From: Coleofasciculus sp. B1-GNL1-01
GTDB lineage: Bacteria; Cyanobacteriota; Cyanobacteriia; Cyanobacteriales; Coleofasciculaceae
Strand: one strand, 5' to 3'
Length of the DNA stretch: 40,015 bases
Assembly: GCA_040220235.1 (NCBI GenBank)
Contig: JAVJTO010000126.1
Shown here in pieces: positions 8,430 through 17,960 of this stretch. The notes beneath the pieces were generated by a model. It ran no database searches, was not told where the DNA came from, and saw only the letters and a list, made by a program, of their open reading frames with translations. Both the position numbers and the translations under genes were made by a program. How positions within the stretch are numbered: the first letter of the stretch is position 1; each line of letters begins with the position of its first letter.

Positions 8430-8528
8430 AAGGGAACAGGGAATAGGGAGCATGTAGAGACGTAGCATGCTACGTCTGGGAGCTGGGGGAGATAATGAAA
8501 TGACAAAAGACTAATGACAAAGGACTAA
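8430..8528. repeat. Mixed short repeats (GGGAACA/GGGAATA heptamers, GTAGAGACGTAGCATGCTACGTCT palindrome, GACAAAG/GACTAAT heptamers)
   Basis: Seen directly; the palindrome family recurs at 10673-10696 and, degenerate, at 33467 and 35520. Confidence 0.7.
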
Positions 8529-9445
8529 TCTGCAATTCTGTCCTCAGACTTTAGCATTTTCAAATACTTTTGGATTAAACCAATTGTGACGGCTGGTAAT
8601 TCGAGCTGAGGAGTCAATCCAACATCCTCAAGGGTTTGAAAGACTTGAACAGCTTTCGGATTGAGAGCCGCCAGTCGTTTGCCGATTTCTGGGCTGGTAA
8701 ATTCCGATTTTTGTCCCCAGATAATTGCTGTGGGAGTGGTCAGTTGAGTAATGTACAGGGATAAGTCAAAGCACAAGTCTCCCCGTACAAACGACAGCGC
8801 TGCATATTCAGCATTGGGTTGTTGAGCTGAGGCTAAATAAGCATCCACAATTTCTGAGTAAATTCGGCTGGAACGAGCAAATTGCCGACTTTCCAAGAAA
8901 CTGCGGATACCGCCTTCAGTGGCGACACCAGTGCTGTAGAGGATGCGATCCAGAATCGGTGTGCTGATTAACTGAGCAAAAAAGCTACGTGTGTAGTCTT
9001 CCCCGAAATCAGAGAGTCCTGATGGAGTGGTGAGAATCAAAGACTTATACAGTTCAGGACGTGCGATCGCGGCTCGGATTGTCAAAGCGGCGGTTAGAGA
9101 CGAAGCAATCACTGGTGTTCCTTGAGGACAGGTTTGCTCTAGGAATTCATTAATCGTGGTGATGTAGTCATCAATCTGATAATTGCGTTCAGGATGCTCT
9201 GAACGACCCCAACCGATGAGGTCAGGGGCTAAAACTCGATACTCACTGGCAAATGCCGGATAGACCTTTGACCACTCATAGGCTGATGACCCGCCCCCAA
9301 AGCCATGCAAAAACACTAATGTTGGTCGTTCTTCTGGCTCAGGGGTTTCTGGGGTTTGCCACGGCATGTCGTCAGCCGTGTAGTATGTCATGCGTCCCAG
9401 TGAGGTCACTAAGGAGTGCTGTTTAAAACCGTTGGGTTCAATCAT
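8525..9445 (-). CDS. Alpha/beta fold hydrolase
   Basis: LVFLHGFGGGSSAYEW, VLAPDLIGWGRSEHP, nucleophile-elbow variant VIASSLTAA, TAIIWGQK. Confidence 0.9.
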   Translation of the reverse strand: MIEPNGFKQHSLVTSLGRMTYYTADDMPWQTPETPEPEERPTLVFLHGFGGGSSAYEWSKVYPAFASEYRVLAPDLIGWGRSEHPERNYQIDDYITTINEFLEQTCPQGTPVIASSLTAALTIRAAIARPELYKSLILTTPSGLSDFGEDYTRSFFAQLISTPILDRILYSTGVATEGGIRSFLESRQFARSSRIYSEIVDAYLASAQQPNAEYAALSFVRGDLCFDLSLYITQLTTPTAIIWGQKSEFTSPEIGKRLAALNPKAVQVFQTLEDVGLTPQLELPAVTIGLIQKYLKMLKSEDRIAD

Positions 9446-9931
9446 ATCTCAACCTTATCGCTATTGCTATCATCCCTGATTCTAGGGTCGAGAGCCTCTG
9501 ACTTTAAGTTGATTCCCTTAATCCGGAATCTTAGGTCAACGTGAGTCAATCTTTGAGAAAAGCGTTAAAATCATAAATTTTGAACTGAGGGAACTTTTCT
9601 CAATATTATTTCATCGGAGGATTTTATGTGAGTGGACGTTTACACACAAAAGGGTACAAACTCATATCAGTAATCATCTTAAAAACACTTGTAGTTTTGA
9701 GTGAGACGGTTCCAGGGAGCATCATTGCGGCTGAGTTTCCATTTGAGCATAACCCGCCTGTAAACGTGATTTGCCAGCAGAGCGGAGATATCTGGTGATT
9801 TTGAGAGCAGGAGATTTAAACGGTGCTTGAAACCTCAAACTTGACATTTTTTCTAGGCTTATAGAGTTATAAGCTTTCCGGTGTTCGATCTGATCAATTT
9901 ATTTATTTGTTGTTTAAAATCTGTTATAACA

Positions 9932-10480
9932 ATGCAATGCAATTTACAGTTACAGGAAATTATAGATGATAACTTCATCAAGTCGCAAGCGGCGATCGCT
10001 TCTCCTGCCTGGGATATAGCTGAATATGAGTCGAGTTTACTCGTGATAAGACCGAAGAGTGTCTGCCTTAATTTGGAAGCTTTAACCTGTTTTGAAGTGG
10101 TAGAGCATCAATTTCACCAGTTTGGAGTGACATTTAAGAACGCGATCGCTCTACAGCCATCAAACCCTGCCTATCCTCCCCGCTCTGGTACAATCGTACT
10201 CATGGCGGCACCTAAAAGCGGTTGGCTAGAAGCAACATTTTTGCAGCCGATTGCTCGGTTCTGCTGCTACGTCACCAGTTCCCAGCGAACGATCATGTCG
10301 GCTTACGACTCCCAGGGTATGCTTATTGATCAAGTGACGACTCAACCCAATTTAGCTGGATCAGATTCATCTACACCTCCCAATACCCAGCTACAGATTA
10401 ATGCGCCGAATATCTCTCGCATTACATTCTATGCCTTTGACGGTCAACTGACCGTAGATGACTTAAGTTTTGAGTGTTGA
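9932..10480 (+). CDS. Conserved hypothetical cyanobacterial protein (beta-rich)
   Basis: Open frame with HIP1 sites and natural composition (FGVTFKNAIALQPSNPAYPP...LTVDDLSF). ATG 9932 is preferred over GTG 9881. Confidence 0.7.
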   Translation: MQCNLQLQEIIDDNFIKSQAAIASPAWDIAEYESSLLVIRPKSVCLNLEALTCFEVVEHQFHQFGVTFKNAIALQPSNPAYPPRSGTIVLMAAPKSGWLEATFLQPIARFCCYVTSSQRTIMSAYDSQGMLIDQVTTQPNLAGSDSSTPPNTQLQINAPNISRITFYAFDGQLTVDDLSFEC

Positions 10481-10530
10481 GTTTTGACCCTTCACAACCT
10501 TTGAGGGCATGGCGCGTGAGTTTTGAGTGT

Positions 10531-10594
10531 GTAGGGGCGGGTTTCACTATTATCGTTTCTTGCCTCACCCGGATGTGACTAAACCCGCCCTGAC
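10531..10594. repeat. REP doublet GTAGGGGCGGGTTTCACTATTATC...ACTAAACCCGCCC
   Basis: Near-identical to 17779-17840 and to the in-gene copy 33391-33453. Confidence 0.85.
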
Positions 10595-10722
10595 TGAGTG
10601 TTGAGTGTTGACCCAACGCTAGGCTTAAAGGCATGATCTTGAGGTAGAGTTCGTCTATCTTCCCCAGCTTCCAGACGTGCCATGGCACGTCTCTACATTG
10701 CTTCCCCAGCTTCCCCACCCTT

Positions 10723-11391
10723 ATGCAGTTTGCCCCACTCTATCCCCTTTTATACCCAATTCTGAAGATAACCTTTCCCGATTGCCTTTGGTCAGGTTCA
10801 CCCCAGTCACGAACCATTGCCCTTACGTTTGATGATGGTCCTCACCCTCAGTACACCCCCCAACTTCTGCACGTTCTAGAACGCTACGATGTAAAAGCCA
10901 GCTTCTTCTGGTTAGGGACTTGTGTCAAATCGACACCAAACGTTGCCCGTGAGGTCTACGCCCAGGGTCATTGGATTGGATTGCACGGCTATCATCACCA
11001 CTCTTTCCCCTTGCTGACACCAGATACGCTCAAGCAAAGTTTAGAAAAAACCCAAGCAACAATTACCCAAGCTTGTGGACTGAACTCCGATCGCCTGCGG
11101 GATGTTCGCCCCCCGAATGGTTTGTTTACTCCCCAGACTCTCAGATTATTACACCAATGGCATTACCGACCTGTGATGTGGAGTGTTGTACCAGAAGACT
11201 GGGTACGTCCTGGGACTTCAGTCGTGATCCGGCGAGTTCTACAGCAAGTACAGAATGGATCACTCTTGGTCTTGCATGATGGTTACTGTGGAGGAGAAGA
11301 CGTGACACAAACGACAGCCAGCTTAATCCCAACTCTACTGGATCAAGGATATAATTTCGTGACTATTGATCAACTATGGCAACTCAAATGA
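10723..11391 (+). CDS. Polysaccharide deacetylase (NodB homology, CE4)
   Basis: IALTFDDGP, IGLHGYHH, RPPNG, WSVVPEDW, LVLHDG motifs. Confidence 0.93.
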   Translation: MQFAPLYPLLYPILKITFPDCLWSGSPQSRTIALTFDDGPHPQYTPQLLHVLERYDVKASFFWLGTCVKSTPNVAREVYAQGHWIGLHGYHHHSFPLLTPDTLKQSLEKTQATITQACGLNSDRLRDVRPPNGLFTPQTLRLLHQWHYRPVMWSVVPEDWVRPGTSVVIRRVLQQVQNGSLLVLHDGYCGGEDVTQTTASLIPTLLDQGYNFVTIDQLWQLK

Positions 11392-12497
11392 GGCATTCTT
11401 GCTGTGAACTAAGTTGGCGTTAACGCTATCGGTAGAGTAGCATCAGCCGAAAACTGGGATTATTGCAACTATATATAGAGTTAAATGTTAGGGGAAAGAA
11501 CCAGGGATATAGAGGCGCAGTGGCTGGTGATCTCCTGTTCGTCTAAACCCTGATTATTCTTTTTGACCTTGCCACCTTGATCTTGCCCTTCTGCCATCTG
11601 TCACCTGCCCCTTGCCTTGTCTCCATCTCCGACTGCCAGTTTACACAAGAGGACACAAGCGTTACGTATTGTAACCATCTCGGCGAATTTTATTCAGATT
11701 TTAAACACAACTACTCCTATTGTGTGCTAAAACAAATGTTTTACACACCATCGAGCCTTCGTGACTTATGCATTACCTCTACCCTCAAAAAATTTGTTGC
11801 ATGTACGCTGAACTTCGCTAACGTAGTCAAAGAAGAAGAATCCTCTCACTACAGAACGTTTGTACTAAAATAGGGTGTTTCATGAACTCTAGAGAAACTA
11901 AGGCTCTTGAAGTGTCAGCTAACTTCATTAAAATGGCTGATCACATTTCAGCGATTTGTCCGGGACGAACCAGTCGAGTCCCAGAGTACATTAAAGAAGG
12001 ATTGACATAACCGGGAGACATCAAGCAGACGGATTCAGTTTCGATGGCTTTCCCTAGCGTAACAGTAAAGCTTACGACTCTATTCGCGTACTTCCATCAA
12101 GTTAGACTTTAGTCCCTCAATTCATCTAGCCATGCAAATCGAGGAAAGACAATCTATAATGGTTTCATTCTTTAGGCAAATATTCATTTCGATTTCGCGC
12201 AAAAGCTCTTAACCGCTGAAGATTATCAGCCCATCTAAGTTGCCCAAAAGCGCGAACAAGTTTTTTGAATTAAAGCTAGAATCAAAAAGTCTCAACAGCC
12301 GCCAGGATGAAAAATTACTTTACCCGGCATTCATATCCCTATTGAGTTAAGAGGAATAAATTTCATCTGAGTTTCTCAGGCTCAACAATTCAATAACCGA
12401 TTAGAATGCAAAAGTAAGATGAAATCACTGGCTAAACTTTTAAGTAGATTATTAGACATCTACTGGTCTTTAACTGAAGGAGCATGAGGAAAAAGGC

Positions 12498-13637
12498 ATG
12501 ACCCAGGCACACGACGTACTTGCAACAATTTCTCAGCCTCAAAGCGAGTTTGAATTCTTGCTGGAGGATGACGCCACTCAAGATGATATGGCGGACGTGA
12601 ACTCGGAAGCTGTTCAACCCGAACCGGAGGAAGATGGTAAGCCTGGTAAGGTGCGTTCTACCCGCCGTCGCACACAAGCGAAAAAGAAGCACTATACCGA
12701 AGATTCCATTCGCCTCTACCTACAAGAAATTGGTCGAATTCGGCTATTACGGGCTGACGAAGAAATTGAACTGGCGCGTAAAATTGCTGACTTATTGGAA
12801 TTAGAACGGATTCGCGATCGCTTGTATGATCAGCTTGAGCGAGAACCGAAGGAAGGAGAATGGGCGAGTTCAGTCAACATGGAACTTCCCGCCTTTCGCA
12901 AACGCCTGTTCCTGGGTCGGCGGGCAAAAGAGAAAATGGTGCAGTCTAACCTGCGTCTAGTTGTGTCCATTGCCAAGAAATACATGAATCGGGGTCTGTC
13001 GTTTCAAGACCTGATTCAAGAAGGCTCTTTAGGACTGATCCGGGCGGCGGAAAAGTTCGACCACGAGAAAGGATACAAATTCTCCACCTACGCGACATGG
13101 TGGATTCGACAAGCCATCACTCGTGCGATCGCGGATCAATCCCGTACCATTCGCCTCCCCGTTCACCTCTACGAAACCATCTCCCGGATCAAAAAGACCA
13201 CCAAAATCCTCTCTCAAGAATTGGGTCGCAAACCCACCGAAGAAGAAATTGCAGATCGCATGGAAATGACCATCGAGAAGCTGCGATTTATTGCCAAATC
13301 TGCCCAACTTCCCATCTCCCTAGAAACACCAATTGGTAAAGAAGAAGACTCTCGCCTGGGTGACTTTATCGAAGCCGATGGTGAAACGCCAGAAGACCAA
13401 GTATCTAAAAATCTGCTGCGGGAAGACTTAGAAAGCGTCCTGGATACCTTAAGCCCCCGCGAACGAGACGTTCTCCGGTTGCGCTATGGGTTAGATGATG
13501 GACGGATGAAAACCCTAGAAGAAATCGGTCAAATCTTTAACGTGACCCGCGAACGCATTCGCCAAATCGAGGCAAAAGCCCTGCGGAAACTACGCCATCC
13601 TAATCGCAACAGCATTCTCAAGGAGTATATCCGCTAG
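12498..13637 (+). CDS. sigA: Principal RNA polymerase sigma factor SigA (RpoD)
   Basis: [23 protein letters not shown], region 2 ([12 protein letters not shown]...[29 protein letters not shown]), region 4 ([30 protein letters not shown]). Confidence 0.98.
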   Translation: MTQAHDVLATISQPQSEFEFLLEDDATQDDMADVNSEAVQPEPEEDGKPGKVRSTRRRTQAKKKHYTEDSIRLYLQEIGRIRLLRADEEIELARKIADLLELERIRDRLYDQLEREPKEGEWASSVNMELPAFRKRLFLGRRAKEKMVQSNLRLVVSIAKKYMNRGLSFQDLIQEGSLGLIRAAEKFDHEKGYKFSTYATWWIRQAITRAIADQSRTIRLPVHLYETISRIKKTTKILSQELGRKPTEEEIADRMEMTIEKLRFIAKSAQLPISLETPIGKEEDSRLGDFIEADGETPEDQVSKNLLREDLESVLDTLSPRERDVLRLRYGLDDGRMKTLEEIGQIFNVTRERIRQIEAKALRKLRHPNRNSILKEYIR

Positions 13638-13656
13638 GACTAGGACAATACCAGAA

Positions 13657-13694
13657 AGCTGGGGTTCATAGGATTGAACACCCAGCTATTCTTT
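13657..13694 (+). terminator. Putative intrinsic terminator of sigA
   Basis: AGCTGGGGTTCA-TAGGAT-TGAACACCCAGCT hairpin followed by ATTCTTT, 20 nt after the stop. Confidence 0.6.
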
Positions 13695-13762
13695 CCCCAT
13701 TGCTTGAGACCCAGGGTGCTGAAAAGCGTGCATTTTGGGTCGCCGAAACCCTTGATATACCG

Positions 13763-14022
13763 TAGTGTCGTGGCACAGCTTATTTGATAGATTAGATTCG
13801 GCTTGTAGTAAGGGCTTTAGCCCTAGATTTCGTTGGGTTTCCTGGCGTCAACCCAACCTACAACCTAACCTATTCCACAATTTTAGCTGTGTCAGTCCAG
13901 TAGTGGCGTGGCACACCTTATTTGGTGGATTAGAATCACGCCCGGAAACCGTAGGGGCGCAAAGACTTGCGCCCAGTTTAACGTCAAATCTAATCCACAA
14001 TTTTAGCTGGGTCACACCGCCA
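13763..14022. mobile_element. Two tandem MITEs (AGTGGCGTGGCAC.../...TCCACAATTTTAGCTG family) sharing a TA at 13901
   Basis: Both units start TAGTG(T/G)CGTGGCACA and end TCCACAATTTTAGCTG.GTCA.; a third, inverted copy lies at about 28061-28295. Confidence 0.75.
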
Positions 14023-14097
14023 TCGTGGGTTTCGACTCCGCTCAACCCACCAGCATACCAGTCAGTGCCATTCTAGTTAAAACTGTAGGATGCCGTA

Positions 14098-14250
14098 TTA
14101 CAGAAGTCCCCAGAAATGTAACACACCTTGACCGGAAACATATTCCGTAATCAACGCGGCAACAAAACCAATCATCGCTAAACGACCATTCCAATTCTCA
14201 GCGTTCGCCGTGAACCCAAATTTTGCTTCTTTTTGCTGTTGCTCGTCCAT
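14098..14250 (-). CDS. hli: High-light-inducible protein (HLIP / small CAB-like protein), 50 aa; missing from ORF track
   Basis: Hand translation: [50 protein letters not shown], containing the [11 protein letters not shown] chlorophyll-binding motif. Confidence 0.95.
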   Translation of the reverse strand: MDEQQQKEAKFGFTANAENWNGRLAMIGFVAALITEYVSGQGVLHFWGLL

Positions 14251-14265
14251 AACTTCGTTGTTTTG

Positions 14266-14290
14266 GTTACATTATGTAAATTAATGTAAC
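14266..14290 (-). promoter_or_regulatory. HLR1 element (RpaB binding site) upstream of hli
   Basis: The minus strand reads GTTACATT-AA-TTTACATA (14290-14273), an exact match to (G/T)TTACA(T/A)(T/A)-N2-(G/T)TTACA(T/A)(T/A). An extra inverted half-site GTTACATT lies at 14266. Confidence 0.85.
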
Positions 14291-14433
14291 GAATTGTTGG
14301 CAAAACGACAAGAATTGGGTCAAGGTGACGGAAAGATAGGTGAATATTATGTCCGGAATGCTAATAAAAATTGCTCATTAGCTTTAACGAACCACCCCGG
14401 AAAAATAAATTTTGTTTAAAGTTTGATTAAGGG

Positions 14434-17400
14434 ATGTCTATCATCGCAGCTCAACAGCCAGCTCGACTCGACTATTATTACCAGCAGATTCGGATTATTC
14501 TCGATCGCCAAAATCCAATTACCGGATTATTACCCGCCAGTACAGCCGTCAATGCCCATGGTGACTACACCGATGCCTGGGTTAGGGATAACGTTTACAG
14601 CATTTTGGCAGTTTGGGGATTAGCCTTAGCGTACCGCAAACTTGACGCCGATAGTGGGCGCACCTTTGAACTGGAACAAAGTGTGGTCAAACTGATGCGG
14701 GGGCTGCTGTTTTGTATGATGCGGCAAGCCGCCAAAGTGGAACGGTTCAAAGACAACCAATCTCTGCTAGACGCACTGCACGCCAAGTATAATACCAGCA
14801 CGGGCGATGTAGTCGTGGGGGATGATGAGTGGGGTCATTTGCAGCTCGATGCTACCTCCCTATTCCTGTTGATGCTGGCTCAGATGACCGCATCAGGGTT
14901 ACACATTGTTTACACTATTGCTGAAGTGCATTTCATTCAGAATCTGGTGTATTACATTGGTCGTACCTATCGGACACCGGATTACGGAATTTGGGAACGG
15001 GGGAATAAAGTTAATCACGGGAATCCTGAATTGAATGCCAGTTCCGTTGGCATGGCAAAAGCCGCATTAGAGGCGATTAACGGACTCGATTTATTTGGGG
15101 TGCGGGGGTCTCAAGCTTCCGTCATTCACGTTCTCCCCGATGAAATTGCGCGATCGCGGATTACGTTAGAATCCCTATTACCACGGGAATCGAGTTCCAA
15201 GGAAACCGATGCGGCATTATTAAGTGTAATCGGGTTCCCGGCATTTGCCATCGAAGACGTGGAACTGCTGGAGAGAACTCGTCAAAAGATTGTCGATAAA
15301 CTACAAGGACTCTACGGGTGTAAGCGGTTCCTGCGAGATGGACATCAAACCGTCTTAGAAGATACCACTCGCTTGCATTATGAACCCTGGGAACTGCAAC
15401 AATTTGAACATATTGAATGCGAGTGGCCCCTATTTTTTACCTACTTAGCCCTAGATGGCTGGTTTCGAGGAGACGTTGAACGGGCGCGGAATTATCTGGG
15501 GCGTTTGGATACATTGCTGGTTGAGCGCGATGGGATGCGTTTATTACCGGAAGTGTATTACGTTCCCGAAGAGAAAATTGAAGCTGAACGCACGTCTCCC
15601 CATTCCCAAAATCGCAAACCCAATGAAAATTTACCCCTCGTCTGGGCGCAGAGTTTGTATCTGTTTGCCCAAATGCTTCATGACGGATTAATTACGCGGG
15701 GAGATGTTGACCCCTTAGGGCGTCATTTTTGCGTAGGGCGTCACCAAGATCCGGTGGTCCAAATTGCGCTGTTGGCAGAGGATGAAGCATTACAGGCGCA
15801 ACTGGCGGCTTATGGGATTGCCACCCAGACCCCCAAACAAGTTGATCCGGTGCAAGTGCGTCAGGCAACTGATTTATCCCGATTGTATGCCCAAATTGGA
15901 CGGTGTGATTCCTTAGGATTAACCGGACGCCCGATTCGACGCCTGCGAAGTTTGACCACATCTCGTATTTTTCGCTTCGGGCAAGAAACGATTGTATTTT
16001 TGCCCGCATTTTTAGACCAGCAACAGTTTTATTTGACCTTGGATTATCATTTCCTGGTGGCTCAAATTAAAAGTGAGCTGACGTATATTCAACGCCATTG
16101 GGGTGAGTTGGGACGTCCAACAGTGACATTGTTATTAACGCATCAGATGGTGCAGACGGCAGAAGAAACCAGTCATCCGGGACAAGAGCAACTTCAGGGT
16201 TCTGCTTTACTGGAATTAATCCAAGAATTGCAAGAGGGACTTTGTAATGGGGTGCGGGTAAAGTTAGGGCGTTTAAATCAGTTAATGCTCACAGCAGGCG
16301 TTGAACGCATTGATACGCTGCAAGGGTTTGAATTTAGCGACTCTGCGGTTCAAGATGCAGCACCACCTGAGTATTACCTGAGGAATCATCCGCTAAACAA
16401 TGGTCCGTTAAGTCATACCCAGGAATTCTTGCTGGAATGCGAAACGAATCTGCAACTCTTGCTGGACAGTTTGCGGCATTCAGAAAATTTTTATGAGCAA
16501 ATTGAATTATTACGCACTCTGAAAAATCTGCGGGGACTGGAGTTTGATACAGGGTTTGGTCAACCTCAACGAGTGGTGACGGTGGCGGATTTGCTGAATG
16601 AAGTGTATACGAGAGCTAGTAGTGAAGGAGCATCTCCCTACTGGGGTGTGATTCGTCAAGCGGCGGGGTTACTGAATAAAGTTGAAATTAGTTTGTCCGA
16701 TGCGGTGACGGATATTTTGGTGCGCGGGAAACAGATTACTGTTGGCAAAGCTTACAGTGAGGCTTCTCTAATTAAAAACCCAATGTCTCATCTGGAACTC
16801 CGGGCAAAGATCGACGAATTTTGCCGAGAAGATATTCGCGATCGCGTTTTAACTCAGGAAATCTTGATTTACTTGAGTATTTTGATTAAATCTGAACCGC
16901 ATCTGGTTGATGGCTTACTCACACTGCGGGTTGGGTATTTAATCCTGCTGTTGACGAGTGAACTGGCGGCTGAATTAGGCGTGACGCAAGATGAAGCGTA
17001 TGAAGCATTGATGCGCTTAAGCCCTTTTGACATCAAAATGCGCTTGCGTTCCTGTTTAGCCGGATATGAAGGGGTTAATCAAAAATTACGCCAACAAGAA
17101 TCGCTGCATGTTAAGCAACCGCAATATGCGATTAATTGGGTGATATTGCCAGAGGAACGAATCTATATTGACGAAGACATTACCATGGCGGAAAATTGGC
17201 TGAGAAAACGCCAACTTGATGGTAGTGCGGGTCGGGTTCCGAAAGACTTTTACCCGAAAGTTTGGCAAGTGATGAAACATTGTAAGGGTTTGGTGATTGG
17301 TGATAAATTAGAGCGTCGCAATCGACTGGATAGTCAACCCTTGCTCTCAGAAATGACACCTGGAGAAAAGAATTTTGCTCTACGGGTTGAGCATTTACTC

Positions 17401-17700
17401 AATAAAATTCAAGTGCCAACCTATCGACAGGTAAATATTGAGGCACTTGTGGAATTAGCCGCGATATTGGAACGAAATCCAGAGTTGGAAATTGAAGAAT
17501 ACATTGTCCTGGATGTGTTAATTGGTCATGCTGTGCGGTTAGGCTGGTTAGAGCGATATCCAGAACGAGCCGATAAGTATGACGAATATAAGGCAGCCGC
17601 TTGGCGGGCTTTTTATGATACGTCTCCTAAACAATGTGCGGCTTATATTGCTAAAGCGTTCCAGTTTTTGGCGCAAGTCGAACCTGCTAATGTTGCTTGA
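14434..17700 (+). CDS. Glycoside hydrolase family 15-like protein (phosphorylase kinase alpha/beta-subunit homologue)
   Basis: RQNPITGLLPAST...AWVRDNVYSILAVWGL, WGHLQLDATSLFLLMLAQM, DYGIWERG, YGCKRFLRDG, IECEWPLFF, EMTPGEKNFALRVE. Confidence 0.9.
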   Translation: MSIIAAQQPARLDYYYQQIRIILDRQNPITGLLPASTAVNAHGDYTDAWVRDNVYSILAVWGLALAYRKLDADSGRTFELEQSVVKLMRGLLFCMMRQAAKVERFKDNQSLLDALHAKYNTSTGDVVVGDDEWGHLQLDATSLFLLMLAQMTASGLHIVYTIAEVHFIQNLVYYIGRTYRTPDYGIWERGNKVNHGNPELNASSVGMAKAALEAINGLDLFGVRGSQASVIHVLPDEIARSRITLESLLPRESSSKETDAALLSVIGFPAFAIEDVELLERTRQKIVDKLQGLYGCKRFLRDGHQTVLEDTTRLHYEPWELQQFEHIECEWPLFFTYLALDGWFRGDVERARNYLGRLDTLLVERDGMRLLPEVYYVPEEKIEAERTSPHSQNRKPNENLPLVWAQSLYLFAQMLHDGLITRGDVDPLGRHFCVGRHQDPVVQIALLAEDEALQAQLAAYGIATQTPKQVDPVQVRQATDLSRLYAQIGRCDSLGLTGRPIRRLRSLTTSRIFRFGQETIVFLPAFLDQQQFYLTLDYHFLVAQIKSELTYIQRHWGELGRPTVTLLLTHQMVQTAEETSHPGQEQLQGSALLELIQELQEGLCNGVRVKLGRLNQLMLTAGVERIDTLQGFEFSDSAVQDAAPPEYYLRNHPLNNGPLSHTQEFLLECETNLQLLLDSLRHSENFYEQIELLRTLKNLRGLEFDTGFGQPQRVVTVADLLNEVYTRASSEGASPYWGVIRQAAGLLNKVEISLSDAVTDILVRGKQITVGKAYSEASLIKNPMSHLELRAKIDEFCREDIRDRVLTQEILIYLSILIKSEPHLVDGLLTLRVGYLILLLTSELAAELGVTQDEAYEALMRLSPFDIKMRLRSCLAGYEGVNQKLRQQESLHVKQPQYAINWVILPEERIYIDEDITMAENWLRKRQLDGSAGRVPKDFYPKVWQVMKHCKGLVIGDKLERRNRLDSQPLLSEMTPGEKNFALRVEHLLNKIQVPTYRQVNIEALVELAAILERNPELEIEEYIVLDVLIGHAVRLGWLERYPERADKYDEYKAAAWRAFYDTSPKQCAAYIAKAFQFLAQVEPANVA

Positions 17701-17703
17701 TTT

Positions 17704-17887
17704 TGTCATTCGTCATTTGTCATTTGTCATTCGTTATTCGTCAGGTAATAGGGAAGGGGGAATAGGGTTCGATAAATTGTAGGGGCGGGTTTGACTATTA
17801 TCGTTTTTCACCTCACCCAGATGCAACTAAACCCGCCCCGTGAGGTACACAGACAGATCCCCGACTTCTTCAAGAAGTCGGGGATCT
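17704..17887. repeat. Intergenic repeat cluster: GTCATT(T/C) heptamers, REP doublet (17779-17840), AGATCCCCGACTTCTT-C-AAGAAGTCGGGGATCT palindrome
   Basis: Seen directly between convergent genes; the palindrome could act as a bidirectional terminator. Confidence 0.75.
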
Positions 17888-17960
17888 TGCTTAGAGACTG
17901 TACCTCATCAAGTAAGTTCTGTCAGAGAAACTTTCCCAAAGTGGGTTGTTTTACTATAAC

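Noticed and set aside
9841..9873. Sigma70 promoter from TTGACA at 9841
   Set aside because: No -10 hexamer at 16-18 bp spacing (candidates at 13, 15 and 21 bp); TTGACA at 12002 likewise lacks a -10.
13765..14076. ORFs 13765-14076 (+) and 13848-14045 (-)
   Set aside because: They are translations of tandem MITEs.
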